This document shows, one piece after another, positions 33,391-46,072 of a stretch of DNA of 64,000 bases. The position numbers and the translations under genes are program-made. How positions within the stretch are numbered: position 1 is the first letter of the stretch; each line of letters opens with the position of its first letter. This DNA comes from Coniocarpon cinnabarinum (lineage: Eukaryota). Location of the stretch: contig JAVECO010000115.1 of the NCBI GenBank assembly GCA_051942205.1, forward strand, positions 1 through 64,000. The letters run 5' to 3'. The notes beneath the pieces were generated by a model. It was not told the DNA's origin and made no database searches. It saw only the letters and a program-made list of their open reading frames with translations.

Positions 33391-33832
33391 CTTGCGACTG
33401 GAAGAGTGCAGGTGGGACAGTCGCAGGCGAGCTTCCGAGTCCAGGAAATGCGAGTAAACCGAAAGACTGGCCAATTTCGTCAGCACCAGAGAGGAAGTCT
33501 CCGTTTGCACAGCAGGTGTTTCAAGAAGGAAGACACAGGAACAACAGTAAAGAATATCAGAAAAAAAAGCACACGAGCAGTTGCGCAGATCGGCAGTGCA
33601 GCGCAGTCATTAAATCTATATGGCTGCGGCATGAAACTTGTTGATTTCCTGCAGGCGTAACGATCCACAGGCGACAGTGCCACAAATACCTGCACCCGTC
33701 CTCCCGCTTCTCACCGGCCCACTTTGGCCTTCTTTCGCACGAAGCTTAATGAGCAGACAGACAACTGATTGAACCAGCAGCTCTCTGATAACTCTCTGCG
33801 CAACGCCCACGACTCTGCCACTCTTATCAGCA

Positions 33833-34417
33833 ATGGCTTTAGATCGCCCACAAGTCGTTATCCCCACCCCCGCGCAGCACCGGGCCCTGCGTGCCTGCAT
33901 GGTCTGCTCGATTGTCCAACTGCAGTCGGTAGGCTGATCACCCTCCCCTCTGCTTTGTCCAGGCACCCAGCGTCGGCTGACTCACCATTTTTCCCCTCCT
34001 GCAGCAGTTCCGTACCGACGGCTGCCCCAACTGCGAGGCCTTTCTCCAGCTCGCTCGCAACGACGACGCCATTCAGGATTGCACGTCACAGGTCTTCGAG
34101 GGCCTGGTGACACTTGCCAAGCCCGAGACGTCGTGGGTTGCCAAATGGCAGCGTCTTGATGGTTACGTGCCCGGCAACTACGCCATCAAGGTTGTTGGTG
34201 TGGTGAGTCACTTCACGTACTTGTTTGCCATCTCTACTGAGGACTATGTGCTAATGCTGGGTCATTGGCAGCTCCCTGAAGACTACGTGTCCGCTGTTGA
34301 AGAGAACGGCGTCAAGTTCATTCCGTACGACCCCATGCCACCATCACGCACTACTTCAAACGCTGACATATTCTCAGGCGTGACGGTTCAAACATTGAAG
34401 ATCAAGCTCCAGCCTAA
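33833..34417 (+). CDS. SPT4: Transcription elongation factor Spt4 (4 exons)
   Basis: Spliced: [43 protein letters not shown]...[11 protein letters not shown]...[29 protein letters not shown]...[12 protein letters not shown]. Confidence 0.95.
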
Positions 34418-34743
34418 ACATGCGATAATCTGATTGAGAATAACGAAAATGCGCACATCAAACGTCTGAGAATCAACCGCAGTCGCACAGCCGCATGTGG
34501 CTGAGGAATTCACGAGCCGCGTCTGGACAAAGACGGATCAGAACATCCCAGCTCAACACTACTTGCAGAACCCTGAGATAAGACTATTCACAACTAGAAT
34601 ATCTCATATCGCTTGGGCGGAGGATCTTGTTTTGAGTTCCCGTCTTGTTCTTCGACCTTCAGTGCGACCTTTCATCTCAGCTCATATAACATTTAACACC
34701 CGTTTGGCGCACAAGCGCGGTCTTCCTCTAACGCGCCGCAAAC

Positions 34744-35754
34744 ATGGTCAGTAAACCTCAAGTTTCCGACTTGAAATTGGGGCCAGTCTCTAATACATCT
34801 GAGCAGGGTCGTAAGGGGAAGAAGAAAGTCTTCCAGGCTCCAGAAGCACCTGGCAAGATCGGCCGCGCTACATCAATCCACAACGAGCCCATCCCACCAG
34901 AAATACCACCACCTCCGCCAGCTGATCCCCAACCGCCTCTCATAGATGTAGAGTCAGAAGCAATGCAACCAGAACCAGAGCCAATGGAAGAGAACTTCGA
35001 TCTCCCTCCGCAGCTCTCTCCTCCACCTTCGCCCATGCCCGAAGATCTCCCCTCTCCTTCACTAATTGAACAAGAACCACCTCCTATACCGCCTTCGCGA
35101 CCAGCCCTTCCGCCACCACGACGGACCGAATCATTCACGCACATCGAGTCACCTCCCATAAGTCCACTACTAAACCCACAACCTGCCCCGCCACGGAAGG
35201 TCTCCCATAATCATCACCATAATACCCAACGCGTATCGAGCGCAATCCGCCCTCCGCGTTCCGGCTTCGAAGCCTACGGTATCAACCCCCACATCATTGC
35301 CTGCATCTCCTGCAACGACTTCTGCGTCATCACGGGACCGCGCGGCATAGTCTCCAAATCTGCTCTGGGCCTCGAAGAATCTAACAGCGACACATTCTTC
35401 ACGACCCTCTGTGCCGCCTGCGAGAATCACAGAGCATTCCTCTGGCTCCGCCTCGAAGGTGGGATGTCGCCACCGCATCCGCGACTCCAGCATCCAGAGA
35501 CGTTGCATTCGAGTATGCTGGCGTCTTGGCCGTTGTATCTTGCTGTGAAGGGACGGTTTGGTGTTGAATTCGAAAAGGACGCAAGAGGGAGCACGGCGGT
35601 TGTGACACGCGCCCGCGACTGGTGGAGGGAGGGCGTGCTGACGCATGAGAAGTCCCTCGTGCTGATGTGGCGGTTTGATATCGAGAGGGGGGAGGTCAGG
35701 GAACGGGTGCCGATGCCGAGGAAGGATGAGTTTTTCGGGGGACCGCAGCGGTGA
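34744..35754 (+). CDS. Hypothetical proline-rich protein with a C-terminal Cys/His cluster
   Basis: 336-aa ATG-initiated ORF; Pro-rich N-terminal half; CISCNDFC...CAACENH in a globular-looking C-terminal half. Confidence 0.7.
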   Translation: MVSKPQVSDLKLGPVSNTSEQGRKGKKKVFQAPEAPGKIGRATSIHNEPIPPEIPPPPPADPQPPLIDVESEAMQPEPEPMEENFDLPPQLSPPPSPMPEDLPSPSLIEQEPPPIPPSRPALPPPRRTESFTHIESPPISPLLNPQPAPPRKVSHNHHHNTQRVSSAIRPPRSGFEAYGINPHIIACISCNDFCVITGPRGIVSKSALGLEESNSDTFFTTLCAACENHRAFLWLRLEGGMSPPHPRLQHPETLHSSMLASWPLYLAVKGRFGVEFEKDARGSTAVVTRARDWWREGVLTHEKSLVLMWRFDIERGEVRERVPMPRKDEFFGGPQR

Positions 35755-36513
35755 CGGAGAAGGCTGAGGCTGGTGAGCTACATAGACTCATGGAAGGACA
35801 GTGGATGAATCAGGGCAGAGTTGGTTGGGTGAACGTTGGGACGGAGTTGGAGACAGGATACATCCAGGACACAAGGATGAGGCGCTTCGTCGCTCAAGTA
35901 CACCATAGAGCTTAGGCAGGAAATGCTCAGGCACATCTCTCACCATGACCGTTCACACAACGCCGTGCTTTGTGTCTACTTCATATGCCATGTGCGCCCG
36001 ACACGGCATATTGTGCCCCCGCGCAGAGGAATGCGCGCGCACAGGATGCAGGGCACCACAGGCAACATGACCATTAGGGTGACATGGCTCCAGGGCGGTG
36101 CTGATCGCCTGTACGACGTACACGCCCCGAGTCGCACAAGAACGGGTGTTCGACTACATGTCTCGGATGACGAGGGGAGCTGCCACAAGGCCGCACGCGA
36201 CATGGGGATACAGGAGGCAGTCTGCAATGGTATCACTGAACGAGATGGAGGAGTCGAGACTAGTTGAGACTATTACAGTCGAGGGTACAGTCAAGACTGT
36301 AGTCAAGACGGTGTTCTCTAAACGAATGGAATTCGGCCGTCACTAAGAGTACTCGCAGCCGCCAGCAACTTGCCCAGTCCAACTACCACGAACGCTCCGC
36401 TCTCAACGTCAATCACCCCATCTCCATCCACAAAAGCCACACTACCAATTTGATCCAACCCTCAAGCACAACCATGGTATCCATCTCGACCTCCGCGACG
36501 AGCCGCCACGCCC

Positions 36514-36696
36514 TCAATACGGCTCCCGGTCCCGAGGATTCTCATAACACCGGGGGCACACGCTCTCCAGATGATTCTCGGCCTCATCAGGGTTGACGCA
36601 TCTCTGCTCGGCCTGCTGGGCGGGCTGGCAGCGCTGGACGCGGAATCTCTCGCTGCGGTGGCCACAGCTGTAGTAGTAGTGGGTGACTCTGCACAT
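36514..36696 (-). CDS. Small Cys-rich protein (60 aa), MC-x8-CGH...C...C...CPRC pattern
   Basis: gaccATG context; canonical 5' UTR intron (GTACGT at 36809, GCTGAC branch, CAG at about 36705-36710); six Cys plus His. Confidence 0.7.
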   Translation of the reverse strand: MCRVTHYYYSCGHRSERFRVQRCQPAQQAEQRCVNPDEAENHLESVCPRCYENPRDREPY

Positions 36697-38928
36697 GGTC
36701 CCGACTGCTGGTCACGTCAGCGTCCTTATTTGACGAGCGAGACGAGGTTACTGCAGGGATAGACAACTGTGCAGGCGGGTATGTGATGGATGATGTGATG
36801 AGGACGTACCTGACAGTGAAATCTCGCCGGACTTGGTAGGTTTGTCTGGGATACTGAAGCGCTTTCCAAGTGGTGATTGTGTCTGATGCTCGACGCCGTC
36901 GGTCGCGAGGGGTGCTGACGGGGCTTGCTGATTTGAACAAGGTGCACTGGTATATTCTCCGAAGCAAGAGTCTCAGCTGGGGCGTTTGGTGAGGTCGTCG
37001 AACTCACTGAACGTCAACAGAAATCGTGTGTGTGATGTGTTGGCGTGCAAGTGAATGTGCCGGTACCTCGACGTGGATCTGCAGAAGGATCTGGTTTGCA
37101 GATTCTCAATCTAGGTGTGTGACCCCAGAGAATAGTCGATCTTGGTAAAATCTTGCATGAGAACCATGATTAGCGTGCATGGGTACTCAAGGGATGCTTC
37201 CTCAAGGTGCGCCGCGTCTCTCGATTGGGATCTCGCCAAAGACTTACCAGTTAGAAAGCTTGAGGGGACGCCAAGGTAGTTCGATCGTTTAATCGAAAGT
37301 GTGGAGCCAGGCTCAGATCTGTTCGCCGATAGAGCAGATGTTCTGAGACAACTGCAAGGGACATGGTGAGCATGTGAGCAAGGCGTACTGAAAGCAGCCG
37401 CCGCTTCTCGAGCGTCTTTCGAAAGCCACTGTCACTCACCTTGAACACACACTAAATTCCAGCACCGGCGAGCTCAGGTGGTTAGATGCTGCAATACAGG
37501 ACTCACAAGTGTGCGTCTTTCACCGGCTTTTGTATTCCCCAGGCTCGCTCCCTCACAGTTCCCATCGTTTCTCCCTGACTAGCCCAGTGTCCTTGCACCA
37601 TGACCGAGGCATTCCAAGAGTGCCAAAGATGGCCCGACAGCCAAGGAAGACGACCCCAGAATTAGGAGCGCTGCGCAAGGAGGCCAGACAACGTACAGGA
37701 CTCCAAGCCGACTGTCTCCACGCAGGTGCAGCACCTCTCGCGCAGCGGCCCACACACCGCTTCTGTCGATTTCCTGACGCGCCCTGACCAGCACTCCGGC
37801 GCCCAGAGCGAAGCGCACAAGCAAACACAAAAGCATAAAGGACAGCCGGTATGAGTTGCACGGAGTGGAGGACTGGAAAAGAAGGAAAGCCAGGACAATG
37901 GTGGAAGTCATGGCGAAGGACCTCCCGCCGAACGCTGTGTTTCGCTGGCAATCCCCATTTTGCAAGACATTTGTGCGCTGTGATTTTATATAGCTGTGTG
38001 GAACAAGGCGAACAGGGCTGGGGGCGAGTGTAGCGTGTCGTGCGCGAGGCGCAAAGCTCGGAGCCGGGGCAATTCACCGTGGCTCGCGGCCTTGAAACTG
38101 CACGCTGCCGCGGCGAAATCCATTCAGTTCGAGGGCGCCGATGTAGGCGGATAAATGGGGAAATGGGGGAGAGGAAGCAGGCACGTGTAATTGAGGATGA
38201 TGCAGCCACTTGACAGATGTGCGTCTGCTGCAGAGAGGGAGCGAGGCCGGGGAGCGGCTGCCGGCGCGGCCAATGGCTGAGGTGCTCAACGTGGTACAAT
38301 GACGGCAACCCTGTAGCTGCCCATCGCTTTTTGAAACTGAACGCAGGCGTTAATTTGGATCTTCTGCGGCTCCTTGTGATTTGCAATAATACAGGCGCAC
38401 GTTGAGCAGCCTTCACCGAGCAAGTCATGGCCTGTATGACCGGTAGCAGGTTTCTGAAGCCGCGCAGACAGCCAGATAGAGCCATCTGGGCCGATCGGAG
38501 GGTTGCTGGCTCTGCGGTGGATCTCCGTGCGATCTGTCAGGGATGGATGCGTTCGCTGGGTCACCTGCACCCAGTCCAATCTGGAGAAGCCTGCATGGGG
38601 AGCACCCACGTCTGCTTCGATGGTTAGCAAACAGTACTCGAACAACCGACGGAACAATGCAGAGACGGCGAATGGCAGGTATTTGGTTTATATTGATCTC
38701 TCTATATGGATAGTAAATTTTGGACAGTCAGGGCCGTTCAACACGCTGGACTCAGCTATGTTGCAGGAAAAGACAACGTAATGAGCGTGATAGTAACGTG
38801 GGTGGTATCTCTTTTTGGAAACATAAATCAATGCCAACATCATGGCCATGGTATCATCAGAATGAGATCTAAATGCAATGAAATAATTAGTATGGTCGCT
38901 GAGATTAGCTGTGTGGTCGTTGCGGTCG

Positions 38929-41420
38929 TTAGCGTGTTCCAACAATGGCGAGTGCGATCTGCGTAAGGGCGTCAGCTTGGGCAAATTCGGAAACGCAGGG
39001 GAACCGCCGCAAACGAACAATAGCAGCAATAACAAACGTCCCCACAACAGACATCGCGCGGTTCAGAACGCGCCACCAACGCGCCTTCTGATATCTTCGG
39101 ACATCCTGTTGGTTGAACATCTCGTTCAAGTCTGCAACACTTTGAGGTCGGGAGTTGATCTCGGGATCATCAGAAAGGACGGGGGGCTTGATAGGAAGTG
39201 GCAGAAAGGCGGCGAGCATCCATGCTGTGTATGCGTTAGCTGATTCACAGCATCCCGGACTTAACCTTCAAGCTCACCGAAAGGAAAACAAAATCCAAGA
39301 CAGAATAATAAAATTTGTCGATTAACAGTGCCAAACACGCTTTGGCGTTCGATAGAAGGCGGCCGCCACATTGAGATGCGGTTATTGTTCCCTCGATCTG
39401 GGGATAGCGCTGGGGGACGTTGATTTCCCAAAGGAGTTGAGGGTGTGTCGGGGTCATTGGCAGAAATGGGGTCTTCAGGCTTCACGCCATAGAATCGCCG
39501 CTCGCCTGTCGGATCTCGTGTCAAAGACTCAGGTGAATCTGGGTCACCTGCAGACGTCTCTTCGTTTGACTTGCTCGTGACGGCTGGTGTCGGTACTTGA
39601 TCATCCACTCCATAATCAGTGTAGTCTGGGTCTTCTTGCGGTGGTAACGGTATTGGAGGCAGTCTTTTTTGCGGCTCAGCTACTTGATTCGGAAAGGGCC
39701 GAAGGCGAGGGATGAAAACCTCTTGCGGATAGCTTTCTGAATCAGGGGTATGGTCTGCGCCTGACTCTGATATACTTCGAGAATGTCGGGACGAGGGCGT
39801 CATGGGTGAGATGGGGGATATAGGAGAGACATTCGACCGTGCTGATCGCACCGAGAGCGCACGAACCATTGTGACACTGGGCGGAGTCATGATGCGAAGA
39901 GCACCTTCGCCTCGATAGTATGCTCGCGCCCATGCTGTTTTGCTGTCGTTCAGAAAGTTGTAGAAGGGCAGACTGGTGCTAGAGGTAGACTGAAAGCTCT
40001 TGATCGATTCTGCTCTCCGCAGGCTTGCCTGGGACCGTAGGCTTGTCTGAGATCCGCTATCACGATACGAATATGGCGCTCTAAGCGGGCGAGGTTGCAG
40101 TTCTGGAACGTCGTCTTCCATTTCAGAATCCCAGCGTCCTGGTGTCCATCTTCCACTCGATGGGGGATGAACGATAATTTGATGTTGGGGAGTGCTGGGT
40201 CGCGTGCTCAGTACCTCAAAGCTTGCGATACTGCTTCTGTCGTCGCCAAGGTCGAGTTCTTCGAGATGATGAGGTGCAGGTCTTTGAGAATCGGGAGCGG
40301 GCCCAGTAGAGCCTTGGGCCAGGGCAAGATTGGATAGCGCGGGTTGACGTCGGAGCTGCAATGGTTGAGGAACTGCTTGACGTATTGACGACGAGTCCGT
40401 GCGAAGTGTTGTGAGGGAGGGCTTGTCGAGACTCGGGTATTGTATGGCTCCGCTAGCAATTAGCGCAGCCAGGAACGTCTCCGTTGGACTGCCAGGGTTT
40501 GACGACGAACGAGGGCGATTGTCGTCCACGGTCGACGACGAAGTTGGTGGACGAACATCTGCCGACACCGCACGATTCGCTCCTGAGGATTGCAGCTGTT
40601 TGGGCGGGCGCATGGAGTCGTCTTCAGGCTCTGGCGCTGTTTGCCTCCCGGAAAACAGCACTGGAGATCCAGAGTGTACGAGCTGCTCACTACTGGGAAG
40701 AAGCTGTGCGCCCCTTGGAGTGCTGAGCACAGGTGCATTTTTGTCGAAAACCGCATCTCTATCCCGGCTTCCCACCTCGAACCGCCGACTTGCTATTGAA
40801 GCTCTGGATGCCACAGACCGCGTGCGTGGTGTACGCGGAGTGCTGGGTGGCGACTGGCTCTTGACGCTGGACGATTCAATAGCATTGACAATCGAACGGA
40901 CGCGTGAATTGGTGCGAGCTGGCTTCGTTCGACGCACTTCGTCCAGCGGACGGGTCATGTCACGTGCTCCAATGCGGCCATTGCGGCCCACGGCGGATGC
41001 GGGTCGTGACCGAGCTGCCTCGAGACTGCTGCGAGGGCTCTGTCGCGGCGAGCGGCGGCCTTTGATGCCACTCAGCGGGGACTTGGGTCTGCTGCGGAGG
41101 CTGGACCCCGCTGATGGTGATTTTGCAGCTCCCGCATTCTCATCGTTGCCACGCGTGGCGGTGCTGTCCTCAAAGATAAAGGTTGAGCCAGTCCTGGGTA
41201 ACAAGACATGTGAGGGGAGACGCGGGAACGGACTCGAAGAAAAGACCGGGTCGGAGTCGTCCCCTCTGAGCGGAGGGGGGCCAGTGCTGGCCGAACCGGC
41301 AATGGAGTTGGTGTCTGAGTTGGTGCGTTCGTGCAGAGGCTTGCGCCTGGGGGACGAGGAGGGACTATGCTGAGGGGACCTTGACTTGCTCCGCGACAGT
41401 CGGTGTGCAAGAGCTGACAT
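38929..41420 (-). CDS. Conserved fungal serine-rich protein with C-terminal TM segments
   Basis: Long S/P/R-rich ORF containing AWARAYY. Introns 39277-39225 and 39018-38959 join RQILLFCLGFCFPF/AWMLAAFLPLP...ARWWRVLNRAMSVVGTFVIAAI/IALAIVGTR*. Confidence 0.85.
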
Positions 41421-42189
41421 GCCGCGAACGGTGAACGATAATGGCGGCAAGGACCATGAAGGACATGGGATGGAAGGAGCGTTGTAAGAAGAACATTATT
41501 AGACGTCGTACATAGTTGGTTGCGAAGGTAAGCGAACAAGACTGGGCCTCTGCAAGGCCGGTATGGGCCTGGTGGTGAAGGCCTGGGAGAGGAGAGGTGA
41601 GATAGATTAGTAGCACCAAGCCAGCGCTTAACGATGCGGAGAAGAATGTGAGGCAGAGAAAAGGGAAGCGCGCTCGAAACAACCAAGCCGATGAAACACG
41701 AAACAAGCACACAGCGAGAAAAGAGGAGAACCTGGACAGGACGGGAAAAGGAAGAGTCAATGGGTGGTGGGTGTCGGAGCAGGGAGCGAAGGAGAAGGAG
41801 CGAATGGACGAGAGACGGGCGAGCGAGTTGGAGTTGGCCCAAGCGGTGCAGGCACTGGCAGGGCAGCAAAGAAGTGAGAACAGGCTTGGGGCGACGACCA
41901 GGCTTTCGACGGCGCTCCAAGGACGCGACGTTGGAACAGCGCGTCTGCTAATACAGGCCTTGGGATGGCGGCGGAGGGGGCCTGAAGCGGAAACAGGAGC
42001 AGGATGCAGGAGCGCGATTGGCTGCGGGCTAATGATTTTCTATTTGACATTTGGCGTGCCGCAGACTGTGCTGGTCTCTGTCTCTGCGCTCGAGAGAGTC
42101 TCCGTCCATTCCACTCTCTCTGGACCTCTCTTGCACGTCTCCCTCCATCACGCTCTGTCGCAGCAGCTGCCCGCCAGTGCTGCTCGGCC

Positions 42190-44071
42190 ATGGCGCCTGT
42201 CGATTTCTTCGACAAGATCCTCAACTACTACCGCAAGGATGCGAGTAAGTGCCTGTCCAGCTGTTCAGACGGCGTGCCTTAGCTCTGTCACAGCAACAGC
42301 AACTGTGCCCTCGTGGCTCCCTCCACCCTGTCCGGAAGGTCCATCAGTCCAGTGTGCCAGTGGGGAAAGAGTGTGCAAGACTACTTGACCACCTCACCAC
42401 CACTTGCCGTGACCTCAGGAAGAACACGATACTGATCCCACGCCCAGATAAAGACAGACCCGTCATCTCCACCTCGCTTGCGGCTTTACTCTCGGTACGT
42501 CAGTCTTCATCTCCGCCCGGCGCATTTCCAAGGGGGCCTTGCGCTGCTCTTTGCCCAACCACCGCCATACTAGCTCACCTCATTTCCCCTTAACGCCAGC
42601 GCATCCTCTTCTTCCATCATCCCCGATGCACGGCGCCCCAAAATGTTCCGAGCGCACGCGGGTCAACGGGCCCCCTGCCTAAGTCACCACTGACAGCTTG
42701 CTCCCAACTTCAGATTGGCTTTACCCTCTTCTACGTAATCCCTTTATACTTCTCATCCAGGACACGCCCCTCGCCCCAGCTCTCACGCGATGCACCGGCT
42801 GTCATCCGCGCTCGCATCCGGGCGGTGGCCATCACCACCATATGGTCCACCGTGATCACCATCCTCATCGCCATCAACAAGGCTCACACCAGTCTGGGAC
42901 AGACGCTGCAGCTGTTGGGTTGGTGGCCCATCGATCCTGTCGACATCGCTCGAGTATTCGCTTTGGTCGTGATTCTATTTGTCGGCCCCTTATATGAGGC
43001 TTGTGTCGTCGACGGTGAATGGCGGAGCTGGTTCAGCGGCCGTGGCTTCGCTGAAACATTCTCGACCGCGATAGGCTGGAGGAACTATGTGGCGGTGAGT
43101 CTTGAAATTTCTCAAACGCACGACCGCCTCCTCAATTCCCCGCAATGGACGTCATCACTATCTTTATCAGATTACATCGATGCCAGATACCTGTGCTACC
43201 GAAAACAGACCAAGATCACGTGCTTTCTCATGGATACAGAACAAGCATTCTCAGTTCAGTACTGACCAATTTTGAACAGAGCCCGGTCACAGAGGAGCTC
43301 GTCTTCCGCTCACTCATTCTACCTTTACACGTTCTAGCTCTTCCACCATCCTCCCTCCACCCTGCTGACCCGGCTCCCAACGATCCCAACACTCCTCCGT
43401 CCGATCGAGTTACCCACCCCGCAGTCATTCAACTGATCTTCGTGACTCCGCTTTACTTCGGCCTCGCGCACGCTCATCATCTCTACGAGTTCCGCGTGTC
43501 ACATCCACAAGCTCCGTTGCTCCAAGGTATCCTCCGTAGCCTGTTCCAGTTCATGTACACCACCATCTTCGGTTGGTTCGCGGCCTTTGTGTTCCTACGA
43601 ACTGGCAGCCTCTGGGCGTGTATCCTCGTTCACGCTTTCTGCAACTGGCGTGGACTGCCTCGTCTGCGTGGCCGGCTTGGGCCATTAGTCGATGAGACTA
43701 CACTCCTGGGAGCAGATGCTCCAGCTGCTGCGGGTGCTCAAGACAGCAACCTCCGCGGTAAGGAAGATGATGAGACCAAGCCAATAGAGAGACGGGGCAC
43801 TATGAGCAAAGAACGAAGGGAGAAGCCGTTGAGCCTCTTCTGGTCCATTGTTTACTATGTGCTACTTGTGGTCGGAGCAGCTGGCTTCTACTGGTACCTC
43901 TGGCCACTGACGGACAGCAAACATGCTCTCGTGAGTTTTGGGACCCCGCCAGTCGCTAGAGGGAAGGCAGAGGTTGCGAAAGCCGTGGCGAAAGGGGTGG
44001 AAGCCGGAGCGCGTAAAGCGAAGGAGCTCAAAGGGGATACCCAGATCCATGGAATGAAGTTCTGGGGCTAG
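42190..44071 (+). CDS. RCE1: CAAX prenyl protease 2 (Rce1), multi-exon
   Basis: SRDAPAVIRARIRAV, GWRNYVA/SPVTEELVFRS, YFGLAHAHHLYEF, FQFMYTTIFGW and HAFCNWRGLP. Confidence 0.92.
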
Positions 44072-44297
44072 AAAGGTGTGGCAATATCTCATATCCAATT
44101 GTGAGCAAATACTGGATCTCTTGCCCTTTCACGACAGAAGCGAGATTTAACGAGGAGTTCGTTCTGGATCATTCGATCATCTAACGGCGGTATAGCATAA
44201 CAGATAACTAGTCTACGACTATGCAACAATTCATGAGTTCGTCCCCCAACGCCACGCTGTGCAAGTTTCTTATTTCTGTCCGTATCGTCGCTGCGAT

Positions 44298-45444
44298 TCA
44301 TGTCTTGAATAATTCATCCTTCATGCCCATTCGACTCACTCGTGCCACCAACCCACTCAACTGCACAAACGTCTGCACCCCCTCCAAAATTCGCATGTGC
44401 GCGAATCCAATCTCCCTCACCACCTCCAGTCGCTTCCCCTCCTCGACACCCGGCATCGTCTTGCTCACCTTGAACATGGTGCTCACCACGTCGTGTGCAC
44501 TATACCCTAATCCCCACAGCTCCCTCAGCACCTCCAACGCACCCTCTACATCCCCTCCCAGTGCCTGTCGCAATAGACTCTGCACCTTGATCGGATGCGG
44601 ACTATCCACCACCCGGAAGACCTCGTTGCCTCCCACGAACCCCACGCCCGTCCACGTACTCTGCAGATTGTTGATCGCCTGTCGCATATCCCCCTCCGCA
44701 CTGAACACCAATGCCGCCAGACCTTCATCACTGTACTCGACCTTTTCAGCTTTAATAATCTGCAATAGCCGCGCCACCACCTCACCGTCGCTAAGCCGCG
44801 AATACCGCAACAACGCACACCGCGACTGCAACGGCTCAATAATCTTGGAGCTTTGATTACACGCCAGACAAAACCGCGTCGTCCCACTGTAGATCTCCAT
44901 CGTCCTTCTTAACGCCTGTTGAGCACCAGACGTCATATTATCGGCCTCGTCCAGAATCACCAGTTTGTGTCGCCCCGGGGGGAGGGTGACCTTTTTCTGC
45001 GCGAAGGCCTTGATCCGATGGCGCACGACGTCGATGCCGCGCTCGTCGGAGGCGTTCAGCTCCAGGACCGCCTCTTTGTAGACTCTGCTCCCGAGGAGCT
45101 GGCGCGCGAGACAGTGGATTGACGTTGTTTTGCCGATGCCTGGCGTGCCGGATATGATGATGTGGGGGAGGTTGCCGTCGCGGGCTATGATTTTGAGGCG
45201 CGCGAGGGTGTCGGTGTTGCCTGTTACGTCGTCGAGGGTGATGGGGCGATATTTTTCGACCCTAGATGCGTGTTAATTAGGAATTTAGAGCGGGTTGAGG
45301 GCTGTGCGGGCGTCTGGAGAAGTGGACGTACCAGGGGAGTTCGTAGCCGACGGCTGTGGCGGCGTTGCTGTTGACTTGGGCTTTGGCGGCGTTGGCGGCC
45401 GCCGCGGAGGAGGATTCGGCTTCTTCTGCCATTGATCGGGCCAT
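44298..45444 (-). CDS. RFC4: Replication factor C small subunit (yeast Rfc4 / human RFC2 type)
   Basis: GYELPW/VEKYRP, Walker A GTPGIGKTT, LELNASDERGIDVVR, VILDEADNMTSGAQQALRRTME and SRC motif. Start is ATG 45444 or 45432. Confidence 0.95.
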
Positions 45445-46072
45445 TTTCGAGGAGTGTAAGAAAAAGCGCAGCAATTACGATTTCATATGCAGATTTACAT
45501 GAGGGATCTAGAAGACGCGTCCGGAACGCGTTCATGGACAGGGCGCAGATCGCGAAATTATGACACTGCTTTTCAGCTGGATCTGCTTCGACGTAGCAGA
45601 AGAACGCTTGAGCGCATTTCATTACAGAAAGTACACAAAAAAGCCTCACCAAATCTCTCTCACAAGGTTCACAATCCCGTATCCAGAGCGCATATAGGCT
45701 CAGATGCGTCCAGTGCGCAGTGTGCTGGGAACAAGCTCTATGGATCTCTTTCCCAGCGCGTCTAGCTTTTTGGCCGAGTGACCAACCACATTCGCTGGCA
45801 TGAGGGCCTCAGAAGCCAGAGTAGTATTGTTGCTGCTTTCAGGTTACCCAAAGTCAAGCGTTTGCTTGGTTCAGTACAACTGCCGCATCAGCCGGGATCT
45901 CGGTAAAAGAGACATGCAGATTAGGCGTGAACCGTGGTGACAGCTGCAGATCCTCTAGCGACTTGCGGGGTTCTTGCAGACGCAGATAAGGCATGCCGAT
46001 GCTCGTGAAAATGGTTTTAGAAAATCATCTGCTGTGACAGGCTGCTTGATCAGGTCAGCCGCAAAGACCAAC

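Noticed and set aside
35940..36240. Degenerate second copy of the Cys-rich microprotein (CHPNGHVACG...C...LCERSW, minus)
   Set aside because: No start codon in that frame and the similarity is too weak to support by eye.
37553..38485. 310-aa minus-strand ORF
   Set aside because: No recognisable motifs, composition looks like translated non-coding DNA, and all frames are similarly open.
40399..41373. 324-aa plus-strand ORF and similar shadow ORFs inside SEC16, RFC4, MID1 and PPT1
   Set aside because: These are antisense or alternate-frame shadows of well-supported genes.
41648..42388. 246-aa and 282-aa ORFs between the serine-rich gene and RCE1
   Set aside because: Purine/pyrimidine-skewed leader and divergent promoter sequence with non-ATG starts and no motifs.
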